NCBI RefSeq assembly: GCF_009914755.1
Contig: NC_060929.1
DNA: 64,000 bases
Reading direction: 5' to 3' (one strand)
Source of the DNA: the human T2T-CHM13v2.0 reference genome, Homo sapiens
The notes under the pieces were generated by a model, which did not search any database, was not told the origin of the DNA, and saw nothing but the letters and a program-made list of their open reading frames with translations. Shown here piece after piece: positions 17,456-30,579 of this stretch (positions are counted from its first letter, which is position 1; every line of letters starts with the position of its first letter). The translations under genes and the position numbers were made by a program.

Positions 17456-20400
17456 CAGTAACCGAAGTTACTGCCCAAGTATTTTTTGAGCATCTGTCTT
17501 AATCATTGCCCAAGTATTTTTTGAGCATCTGTTTTGTACTCAGCTTGATCCATGCATTGTGAGAGCTGAAGGGTTGGGTGGGAAGAAGTACAAAAGAAGT
17601 AACTAATATAGTTCCTGTTTTCAGGAGCTTATTGTCTTTTTGGGGAGGTAAGACCAATAGGTTGTAAATAAGAACAAATGCTGTGAGGTAGAGTGAATGC
17701 TGAGGGCACTCCAGAGTGACAGGAATCAATAAGGGTTGGAAGGGGCCAGGAAACTTTTATGTATTTATTTATTGAGATGGGGTCTTGCTTTGTTACCCAG
17801 GCTGTATTTTTTCATTTTATTTTGTTTTTTAACACAGTGTCTCGCTCCATCACCCAGACTGGAGTGCAGTGGCATGATCTTGGCTCACTGCAACCTCTGC
17901 CTCCTGGGTTCAAGTAATTCTCCTGCCTCAGCCTCCTGAGTAGCTGGGATTACAGGTGCATGCCACCATGCCCAGCTAATATTTGTATTTTTAGTAGAGG
18001 CAGGGTTTCACCATGTTGGCCAGTCTGGTCTCGAACTCCTGACCTCAAGTGATCTGCTGGCCTTGGCCTCCCAAAGTACTGGGATTTCGGGCATGAGCCA
18101 CTGCGCCCGGCCCCAGGCTGGTTTTGAACCAGGCTCAAGTGATCCTCCTGCCTCTACCTCCCAAAGTGCTGAGATTATAGGCATGAGTCACCAGTGGCCG
18201 GCTGATCAAAAAAACTTCATGGAGGAGTTTGACACTTATTCTGGGTTTTTAGAATGGTTGGAAGGGAGTAAGGAGTGTGTGACAGGACAGAAACCTAGAC
18301 CAAGAGAGTAGCAATGGTAATGGAGGGAAACGGGCCAAATACCATCTTGTTCTCACAGAAAACGGACTTTCTAATTGAGGCAGTGGAGTGAACGGGTGAA
18401 GAGAGTGGTTCCTTTAACAAAAATCAGAAATTCCAGGAGGGAAAGTATAGGGATGTGGTTAGATATATGAGGAAGGATGAGGAGTTCATTTTAGAAATAT
18501 TTATTTTGAGAAACTGGAGAATTTACCAAGTAAAATAACTGTAATGATGTTAATAATAAGGGTAAAGAGATGAGTGAAAGTCGGACTGATGACAATAGAT
18601 GTTTAAATCGTCACAGGGTTGATAATTTAAGCTGAGGGAATGAATGATCTTTTTGAGAAAATATGAAGAGTGATGTATGTAAGAAAAGACCTTAGAAACC
18701 ATCACCATCACCAAGAAGGATCTAGCAATAGTTAATGGCGTAATAGCAGGAAACTATTGAAAATATAATGGATCCAGTTCTAATTTTCTCAGTTTATACA
18801 TAGCATTTAGTGCTAAGTAAAATAAATGTTTGTTGATTGACTTGATAATTGAAAGAATGTTAGAAGTTTAAAATTCAAAAAGCCTAATGTGCATTAGGGA
18901 TTTAAAGAAAAAAATATATACATACTATGTTATATATAAGTGTGTGTCTGCGTGTATTTTAAATTTAGAGATGGGATTTTGCCATGTTGCCTAGGCTGTG
19001 AACTGCTGGGTTGCTTTTTCATTTGCTTGTTTGTTTTTTTTTTCAGGGATGTTTTGAAGTCAAACCAGTTTTTCCACTTCCGTTTAATTAAGTGTTTTGA
19101 GCATTATTTATTATTCATAACACTGAAGAAATGAAAAGCTGAAGAGATTCTCCCATCACATGAAAGGATTAATTAGTTCAGTTTTCAGAGGCGTCATCTG
19201 ACCGTCAGACAGTCCAGGTACATTCACTGAGGCATTTCCAGTGGGCAAGGAGCCTGGGAGAGCACTGCGCTGCGACCTAGTTTTCCCTTTGGAATCAGGT
19301 CCTCTCTCCTGCGTTTACATTGGCCTCTCCCACCCCTTGGCAGGTCCACTCCCATTGACCTTTCTCTCTGTACCAGCAGCTGCTGCTGACAGTCCAGCCG
19401 TAGTTACTTCTGTGAAAACAGTGTGTAGTGGTCTGCCTTTAAATTTCCTATTCCCATCTGGACCTCCCTTAGGAGCTCAATGCTGCTCACAGTTGAACCT
19501 GAAATTCCAGGTCTTCTAATCTCTTCTCTCCAACTGGCAATATTTACCACTCTGATGTCTAGTTCTTGTGGAGTCTTGTTGTGGGATGCATGAATTTTAT
19601 GCTAATGGGGTATTTCTGAAGACAAAGCCTTGGGTCAGATAAAAGGTTAATTGATATGTGTAGTGTGACAGTAAAATGCAAGGACTTTAAATTCCGACAA
19701 TCCTGGATGTGGATTAGTTTTAATTTGACAGCTGTGTGATTTGAGACAGTTGCTCAATCTTTTTGTGAACGTTGTTTCCCCAACTAAAAAAAATAGACAA
19801 AATACTAATCTTTGAAAGTTGTTGTAAGGATTAATAAGATAATGTACATAAGGAGACCTTGCACAATACCTGGCATATTGTAAGAGCTTGATAGGACAAT
19901 ATTTATATGACAGACCAAGAAAATATGTGTGCCATTTTCCACTTCCCAAATCACTTTACATGGGTTTAGAAAGGAGATTAAGAAAGACAAACATACAAAC
20001 TTTTCCCTAATTTCAGAATATATGCTCCAAGTACTACCTGGTTAGAGCTTTTTGATTCCTATGATGTTATTTTGTAAGCTAGTGCTTCACAGTGCTAAAG
20101 AATAGTACCTTAGAGAACTTAATGCATTAATCGATTTTCCTTAAATTGGAACTTTTTTTTCTCCTTTATTGAATCAAGAAAGTTAAGTGTCAAAGAGGCA
20201 TGTAGATTATACTCTAAGGTAACAAAACTCTATTACGTTGTATTTCATTAGAGCTGAACCAAGGGCATTTTGGAAAGAAATCGTGCTGTGTAATAAGAGG
20301 GATTGTTAGCAGAGACTTTTTGCTACCATTTTCTCCAAGCTTTTCCATTCTGTACTTGAGTAGCATTGTCCCAAATAGAAATATCCCAGGATCCCTTTTT

Positions 20401-20681
20401 CCTCTTGAAAGACTCTAACATTAAGACTAAATTGGAGATTACCATGGAAGTAAATGACATTAAGGTGAACAGACAAATATTCAACCTCCCTTAGAAGGAA
20501 TGTTTCTGCTTACCTTATGGTCTTCCTGTTTCCCTCCCTTCATTATGTAAGCCAGAGTCAGCAGTACCTTTACCATAAATAAGCAGGCAAGTGGCTTTGC
20601 AGTGGCTCCTGAGTACCAGCCAACTCTTATACCAACTAAGACTCAAATGCTCTTTCTACAAATTAGTTTCCTAAGCTTTGT

Positions 20682-20683
<2 letters not shown>

Positions 20684-20718
<35 letters not shown>
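20684..20718. repeat. (CA)n microsatellite
   Basis: Direct inspection. Confidence 0.95.
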
Positions 20719-20720
<2 letters not shown>

Positions 20721-20926
20721 TAAGTTATAATGTATAATCAAATATATTTCTGGCCAGGTGTGGTGGCTCATACCTATAATCCCAGCACTTTGGGAGGCAG
20801 AGGCAGGCAAATCACTTGAGGCCAGGAATTCAAGACCAGCCTGGCCAACATGGCGAAATCCTCTCTACTAAAAATACAGAAAATTGGCCTGGTGCAGTGG
20901 CTCACGCCTGTAATCCCAGCACTTCA

Positions 20927-21394
<468 letters not shown>

Positions 21395-22137
21395 TCAAAT
21401 ACATTTCCTAATACATAATTATGTAGTAGTAAATACATAATTATTTACTAATAATTTCCTGGAGATTTTTAAATTTATATCTTGGCTTATACATTAAAAT
21501 TACTTAACACTAGGCAAAAATACATATCTTCATGCTGGAATTAGGAATATTTTAGTTACCTTAAGTGGAATTATAATGAGATAACCAAACCAACCCCAAA
21601 TTACATAGTATGTGGCATTATAAAAGAAAGATCTCTCCTGAATTTCATTTCCATTGAAAAGACATAGAATATTTGGCTAGAAGAAATTTCAGAAGTCATG
21701 GAAAACTTTCACTTGTCTTGAGAGGAATGAAGAAACTAACATCCAGGGAGTTTACTGATGGGTGCCTTGCATTGTGATTGGTTGGCTATAAGAAGACTGG
21801 GAGTTAGAATAAAAAAAAATTTATTAAACAAATTATTAAAAAAAAAATAGAGCTGGGGTCTTGCTATGTTTCCCAGGCAGGTCTCGGACTCCTGAGCTCA
21901 AGCGATCCTACCACCTCAGCCTCCCAGAGTGCTGGGGTTACAGGCGTGAACCACCAAACCTGGCTAAGGATTATTAATTCTTAGTTCAGTATACTTCCCA
22001 GAACACTGTGGTCACTGGATAATTTTGTGGCTAGCCTTGAAAGAATGTGGTGAGCTTCAGCTGTTTTGAAATTTGGTAGTGGCCTACATAGTAGCACAAA
22101 TTATTTCCTAGAGTAAAATGAAATTGTGTAAGTTCTT

Positions 22138-22310
22138 GTTTTAATTTTTAATTTATTTTTGTTTCTTTTTTTACTTTTTTATTACTTATTTTATTAAAAT
22201 TTTTTATTATTTTTTGTCTTAACATTTTTTAATTTTTTAATTTTAATTTTTTATTCTATTCATTATTTTTTCTTTTAAATTAAATTTAATTAATTAATTA
22301 TTATTTTTAA
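22138..22310. repeat. AT-rich low-complexity tract
   Basis: ~170 bp almost entirely T/A. Confidence 0.85.
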
Positions 22311-22629
22311 GCCAGTGCCTTGTCCATTAGGTGACTGGAGTTAAATTGTGCAAGTTTTAAACTGCAATATTGGTTAAAATCTAGGGAAATTATAAATGTT
22401 ACAATAATATGAAATCTTAAAGCCTGGATACAAGGCTATCGTATTTTAACTCCATTATATCAGGCAGTCTAAGTAGAAAGATATTGCTGGAAGGGTCTCA
22501 AAAGATTTTTGTTTTGTAGGTTAGGAAACAGGAAATGGGGCCCCCAGAGAACTTAAATCACTTGTTCAAGTTCATTGGGCCGCTTAGGGGATGTGGACCA
22601 GAATTTACATTTCTTTATTTCTTTCTTTC

Positions 22630-23415
22630 TTAAATTTTAGACCCAGGGGGTATATGTGCAGGTTTGTTACAGGAGTACATTGCATGTTACTGAGGTTTGG
22701 GCTTCTATTGATCTCATTACCCAAAAGAAAACATAGCACCCAATAGGTGGTTTTTCAACCCTTCCTGCACTCACCTTTTGGAGTCCCCAGAGTCTGTTAT
22801 TGCTATCTTTATGTCCTTTGTACCCAGTGTTTAACTCCCACCTATAAGTGAGAACATGCAGTGTTCGCTTTTCTCTTTCTGTGTTAATTCAGTTAGTATA
22901 AAGGCCTCCAACTGCGTTCATGTTGCTACAAAGGACACAATTTAATTCTTTTTTATGGCTGCACAGTATTCCATGGTGTAGATGTACCAGATTTTCTTTA
23001 TCCAATTTGCCATTGATGGGCACCTAAGTTGGTACCATGTCTTTGCTATTGTGAATAGTGCTGTAATAAACATGTGAGTGCAGGTGTCTTTTTGGTAGAG
23101 TGATTTCTTTCCCTTTGGGTATATATGCAGCAATAGGATTGTTGGGTTGAATGGCAATTCTATTTTCAGTTCTTTGAGAAATCTCCGATCTGCTTTCCAT
23201 AGTGGCTGAACTAATTTACATTCCCACCAACAGTGTATAAGTGTTTCCTTGGCTCTGCAACCTCGCCAGCATCTGTTATTTTTTGACTCTCTAATAATAG
23301 CCTTTCTGCCTGACGTGAGATGATATCTCACTGTGGTTTTTTTTTTCTTTCCACAACAAAAGCCACATTCAATCTCATTGTGGTTTTGTTTTTCATTTCT
23401 CTGATGATTAATGAC
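22630..23415 (-). mobile_element. L1 3' end (L1PB/old L1PA): ORF2 C-terminus + 3'UTR
   Basis: ORF 22942..23331 MRYHLT...CWWECKLVQPLWK...WYIYTMEY is the L1 ORF2p Cys-rich C-terminus. Confidence 0.9.
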
Positions 23416-23636
23416 ACAGAACTCAGGTTATTTATCTCCCATTTTGAGTACTCACCCACCACAGTACCAGCGTCTAGAAAAAAAATAGTTTCCTTTAATC
23501 TCTATTGATTTTACAGTTCAGGATTGAATCTGCTCTATAAAGTTAGGAATAGCTAACTATATTTACTCTAAACAGGAAGCTCTTCCCTATGGGTACTACA
23601 CTGTTATCATGTTTTATTTTGGGGAGAGAAGGAGAA

Positions 23637-24884
23637 TGTTATGGGTTGAATTATATCCTCCAAAAAGAAATATTGAAGCCCTAACCCCTAATACCTCAGA
23701 ATGTGGCCGTATTTGGAAACAGAGTCATTGTAGGTGTGATTAGTTGATACGAAGTCATGCTACAGTAGGGTAGGCCCTTAATCCAATATGACTGATATTC
23801 TAAAAAAAGAAAGAGACACAGGGAGAAGAATGCCACATGGAGAGAAGGAGATACACAGGGAGAAGATGGCCCTAAAACAGTGGAGGCAGATTTTGGAGTG
23901 ATGCATCTACAAACCAAGAGATGCCAAGGATTGCCAGCTGTTAGTCCATCCACTTTGTGTTGCTGTAAAGGAATGTTGGCTGGGAATGGAAGCTCATGAC
24001 TGTAATCACAGCACTCTGGGAGGCCGAGGTGAGAGGATTGCTTGAGGGCAGGAGTTCAAGGCCTGCCTGAACAGCATAGTGAGACCCTGTTCCTAAAAAA
24101 AAAAAAAAAAAAAAAAAAATAGCTGGGTATGGTGGCACACACCTGGAGTTTCAGCTACTTGGAAGGCTGAGGCAGGAGGATCAGTTGAGCTCAGGAGATT
24201 GAGTCTGCAGTGCTGCAGTGAGTGAGCTATGATTGTGCCAGTGCACTCCAGCCTGGGCGACAGAGCCAGACTCTGTATTTTTAAAAAAGAAATAAAGTAA
24301 AGAAAGAAAAAAAAATAAAAAAGGAATACCCAAGGCTGGGTAATTTACAAAGAAAAGAGGTTTATTTGGCTCATGGTTCTGCAGGCTGTACAAAAGGCAT
24401 GGAACCAGCATCTGTTTCTGATTAGGGCCTCAGGAAGCTTTCAATCATAGTGGAAGGCAAATGGCAAGCATGGTGAGAGAAGGAGCAAGAAAGTGATGGG
24501 AGAGGGAGGTGCCAGACTCTTTTTATCAACCAGATCTCCCATGGACTAATAGAGTGAAAACTCACTTATTACGCTGGGAAAGGCACCAAGCCATTCTTGA
24601 GGGATCTGCCTCCATGACCCAAACACCTCCGGTCAGGTTCTGCTTCTAACACTAACACATTTCAGCATGAGATTTGCAGGGGACGAACATCCAAACTATA
24701 ACATCAGCCATCACCGGAAGCTAGGAGAAACAAGCAAATATTTTTTCCCTACAGGATTCAGAGGAATTATGGTCCTGCCAATACCTTGTTTTTGCAACCT
24801 CTAGTCTCCAGAACTGTGGGAGAATAAATTTCTATTTTTCTAAGCTTTGTGGTTATTTGTTATAGCAGCCACAGGAAACTAACC
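23637..24884 (+). mobile_element. MLT1B/C-like LTR with nested MSTB-like LTR (23939-24703, minus) that itself carries an Alu
   Basis: tgttatgggttgaatt...gttatagcagccacaggaaactaa; the inner LTR ends at ccaaactataaca. Confidence 0.75.
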
Positions 24885-26091
24885 TAGGGAGCAAGTCAAT
24901 GAGAGAATTTATCAGGATTTTCCTGATCAGTCTGCTGATCAGTTTGCTCAAGACTCATGAAAGCTCACCAGCCTGGGGCATTTGTCTGTGGCTTCCCTTA
25001 CACAGCATGGATTCCTATGGCTTTTCCTCACAAAAGATTTTCTAGAATTGGCTTTCCAAATGGGAGGAAGAATGGTGAAAGAGAGGGAACATAACATTTT
25101 CTCCTCTGCTTTTGTATTTGGAATTGACAAACTGGAGAAGAAAGCATGTATGATTTTATTGCCGTAGGTTCTGTATATGCTTTTATAGGCTACCAGCATA
25201 CTATTAGTTTGCATGATGCGTGTGCTGTTATCTTAGTTTCCTGCTATTTTCCTTTTATTCTAACCATCTTAATACTATGCTTTGGGATTCAGACCTGTCA
25301 AGCTGTCTGGATTATAAAAGTGTGCCTTGCACTAGAAGGTGGAAATGTGGAATTTCCCTTAAAAAAAGCAAAAAAAAAAAAAAAAAAAGCAAATAAACCA
25401 GATCCTGACTGCTTATTCTAACAATTTGCCTTTCTCTTATTAAGTTGTAAATTAATTTGACAAAAATTACCTAATAAGTATAAATTCCTATATTCTATAA
25501 GAATCAAACAGCTTTTCCTTTGGCAAAAATTCACATTATCTAAAATAATTACTGCATAATACTTTGACTATCATTAGTTTTATCATCACTGTTAGATCTA
25601 TGAGTTGGTGAACTTTGTTTGTTGCCCAGGCTGGAGTGCAGTGGCATGATCATTGCTCACTGCAGCCTCCACCTCCTGGGGCTCAGGTGATTCTCCCACC
25701 TCAGAATCCCAGGTAGCTGGGACCACAGTTCCCGGCTAATTTTTGTATTTTTGGTAGAGACAGAGTTTCTGCGTGTTGCCCAGGGTGGTCTTGAACTCCT
25801 GGGCTCAAGCAATCCTTTCTCCTCAGCCTCTTAAAATGTTGGGATTACAGGTGTGAGCCACTGCAGCCATGAGTTGGTGAAATTAACATCATTTTATAAG
25901 GTCAAAAATTAAGAGAGTAAACTGGGCACAGTGGCTCATGCCTGTAATCCCAGCACTTTGGGAGGCCGAGGTGGACGGATCACCTGAGGTCAGGAGTTCG
26001 AGACCAGCCTGACCAACATGGTGAAACCCCGTCTCTACTGAAAATACAAAAATTAGCCATGCGTGGTGGCTGGCACCTGTAGTCCCAGCTA

Positions 26092-26196
<105 letters not shown>

Positions 26197-27191
26197 TCAA
26201 AAAAAAAAAAAAAAATTAAGAGAGTACATTTTAATCTCTCATTTCCTTCTATTCACTGGTAAGACTGTTTTATGTAACTAGTAAACAGACTTCTAAATTG
26301 TACAAAGTTATGTTCTAACTTACTGTCTTATTAACTTCCCCAGAGACCTACCAATGCCAGAAGTAGTAATTATTATTTGGACAGGAAATTGATGTGAGAA
26401 CTTATCTAGGTCTTGAATTCAGAAGTAGCAAAAAATCATTTCTAGTTAGAATTAGCTATGCTGTATTAGAGATTCGTAATATAAACATCGTAAACATTTG
26501 TTTTCTTGAATTACCTTAGGATAAATATTTTTGACATGTAAATGCTAGAAACTATTCCAAAGCAACTTTATTGCTTTTTTGCTATGTCAAGATATACTAT
26601 CTTGATATCATATATTTAAGTTGGTATTGCGAAGGTGGTTCAAAAAATTTTTTTTCCTTATATGTTTAACTTTATGCTGTCTAACAGTCAAATAGAGTGA
26701 TACTGGTTCCATTTCCAGGTAGACATACCTTTGGATTTTCAAACCACTAGTTGTCTTGGATTTGCAGTGATCCTTCCATATTCATTCATTTATTTCATTT
26801 CCCCATTATTTTTCTGTTATTTTTTGTTAAAATATTGCAGATTATATTTCTCAAAAGTCAAAATAAACTATATTAATAAAGTTTTTGTCTAGTTGGAAAC
26901 ATTTGTCTCCCTTCTGTATTGACTTTGATATCAAAAAATGAAGAGGTAGAATTATGTCATTATTTTGTAATGGAAGTTTTGAGAAATGTTGATTACTGAC
27001 ATAAAAATTCCAAAGGTAAGGCTGGGCGCAGTGGCTCACGCTTTTAATCCCAGCACTTTGGGAGGCCGAGGTGGGCAGATCACCTGAGGTCAGGAATTTG
27101 AAACCAGCCTGGCCAACATGGCGAAAACCTGTGTCTACTAAAAATCCAAAAATTAGCCAGGCGTGGTGTTGCGCACTTCTAATCTCAGCTA

Positions 27192-27344
<153 letters not shown>

Positions 27345-27639
27345 CTACTATTTCAGTAGTTACGAAGTTCTATCTCAAAAATGTCACCTGGGTCATGTGG
27401 GTCAGTGTTCTAGGGTAGATCTTGATAGTCGATTTTTCTAATGAGCTTCTGCGGGATGCCATTGCTGCTGGTTTAGACATCACTTGAAATAGCAAGACTG
27501 TAGTAATCACTTTGTCCTTTCTGGAAACAGAACTCTTTCTATTGAGAAACCCATTTTAAGTGGTATAAAATATGACCCAGGTATTGGCCAATCACAATCT
27601 CTCTTAAGAAGTGATTTTGGCACCAGATGCAGTGGCTCA

Positions 27640-27953
<314 letters not shown>

Positions 27954-30579
27954 CTATAAAAGGGGTCATCTTTCCTGGTCCATCTAACATGAAAAAGTAA
28001 GGCTAATATGAAAGAATAAGGCCAATATAAAAAAGGGTAAGATGAAGCACTAAAAGAGTATGTCCTCGGGGCATTATTTGGATTCCTGGATTCAGATGTG
28101 TTTAATATATTTTATTCCTGGAATTACAAGTTAATATATTCAGTTTTTTCTTAAGCTAGTCTGAATTTCTCGCTATCCTACAACCAGAAGTCCTGATAAA
28201 TATACCAAGTTCAGCCATTCAACAAATTATAACTAATGGCAATAGGACTTTGATCAAAGTGTAGTTGAGTTAATGCAAAAACAGAATATAATTAATGCTC
28301 TTATGTAACCTGAGGGACGTTGAACTCAACGTCTATAAGTATTCTAATACAGTCCTAGAAGCAATGTGGTGACTGTCCAATATAACTTATTTACAGCATT
28401 ATCTTCTTACTTAAAAGATGTGTAACAACGCTTTGGGAGGCTGAAGGGGGAGGATCACCTGAGGCCAGGAGTTTGAGGCCAACCTGGGCAACAAAGCAAG
28501 ACTCTTGTCTCTATAAAACACTAGCTGGGCATGGTGGCACATGCCTCTGGTGCTAGCTAATCTGGAGGCTGAGGCAGGAGGATAGAGACCCAGTCTTGAA
28601 AAAAAAAAAAAGATGTATAAGCTCATACCTCCAGTGGTGAAAATGACCTTGGGTAGCTACTTTTCCACTTTGTAGATAAGGAAATCAACTTGCATTTTGT
28701 TCAATGCTCCATCTAAACTTACTGAACCCAGAACCTAGGTCTACCCTTCTCATTCTACAACTCCCCTCTTCCACACTGTCATTGCTATTCCTTAATTTTT
28801 TTTTTTTTTTTTTTTGAGACAGAGTCTTACTCTGTCACCCAGGCTGGAGTACAGTGGCATGATCTTGGCTCACTGCAGCCTCTGCCTCCCGGGTTCAAGT
28901 GATTCTTGTGCCTCAGCCTTCTGAGTAGCTGGGATTACAGGCACATGCCACCACGACCAGCTAATTTTTGTATTTTTAGTAGAGACGGGATTTTCCCATG
29001 TTGGCCAGGCTGATCTCGAACTCCTGACCTCAGGAGATTTGCCCACCTCGACCTCCAGAGGTGCTGGAATTATGCGCCTGGCTTGTTATTCCTTAATGTA
29101 TTAAGACGTTACTATGTTATCACTGGCTTCTGGTTGAGTGAAAAGGATGCCAGTACTTCCTAAAATTAATTAGCTATAAATGTATACAAAATGTATATAT
29201 TTGTATGTCTATGTCAGGCTCTGTGGCTCTTGCCTGTAATCCCAACACTTTGGGAGGCCAGCAGGATTGCTTGAGACCAGGAATTTGAGACCAGCCTGGG
29301 CAACATAGAGAGACACCAGCTCTACAAACATTTTAAAAAAATTAGCAGGCATAGTGGCACATGCTTGTAGTACCAGCTACTGGGGAGGCTGAAGTGGGAG
29401 GATCTCTTGAGCCTGGGAGGTCAAGGCTGTAGTGAGCTGTGATCTTATCACTGTACTCCAGACTGGGCAAAAGAGCAAGACCCTGTCTCAAAAAACAAAA
29501 CAAAAAACCCAAAATGTATGTCTAGATGCCTCTTTGTAACATACCTTGCATGTGAATATATGTTTGGGAAGAAATATTGGAGAATCATATAGTAAGGCCC
29601 ATATACAACTTGATAACTCATGCATTAATGTATAAACACTGAAGAAAAATTCTAAATGTGATTCCAAAAGTACTTCTAAGGTTATCAGACACTATAAAAT
29701 TAAGATTCTTTTAAGACAAAGAATATTCACTGTTTTTAAAATTTAAAGAAATTTAGAAATATTCTTCAAAAATTAGAAATTAATGTAACTTTTAGGCCGG
29801 GCGTGGTGGTTTGTGCCTGTAATCCTAGCACTTTGGAGGCCAAGTAGGGTGGATCACTTGAGTCCAGGAGTTTGAGACCAGCCTGGGCAACATGGCAAAA
29901 TCTCATCTCCACAAAAAACACAAAAATAAGCTGGGCATGGTGGGGCATGCCTGTAGTCTCAGCTACTTGGGGGTCTGAGGCAGGAGGATTGCTTGAACCT
30001 GGGAAGTCAAGGCTGAAGTGGGCCGAGATCCTGCCACTACACTGCAGCCTGGGTGACAAAGTGAGACACTCTCTTAAAAAAAAAAAAAACTATGTTATGT
30101 TTATGTACTCTTGAAATACTGGTAATTTGAACACAACACAGTGAGAAGGAATTGGTGCCTGAAAGTGAATTATTTTACCTGGTTAAGTTTGCTTCATATT
30201 TAAGATTGAAATTTAGAGTCTGGACATGGTGTCTCACGCCTGTAATCCCAGTGCTTTGTGAAGCCAAGTTGGGAGGATCGCTTGAGGCCCGAGTTTGAGA
30301 TCAGCTTGGGTAACATAGTGAGACCACGACTACAAAAAAATTAGAAAATTAGCTGGGTGTGGTGGTGTGCACCTGTAGTCCTAGCTACTTCGGAGGTTGA
30401 GACAGGAGGACTACTTTAGCCTAGGAGTTGGTCAGTAATTTTCTTTAGTACAGACCTAGATACAATTCTTACCCAGAATGGCTTAAAATAGAGTTTAATA
30501 GTTTAATTTAATGTGTTTGCATGTATGGTGAGTTACTAATATGATCAAGATTCAAATAAATCTCCAAACAATTATACAA

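Noticed and set aside
17472-17532. Repeat-spacer-repeat resembling CRISPR
   Set aside because: Only two units, a 9-bp spacer, eukaryotic DNA and no cas genes
20554-20563. AGAGTCAGCA as an NRF2 ARE
   Set aside because: Mismatch in the essential TGA core
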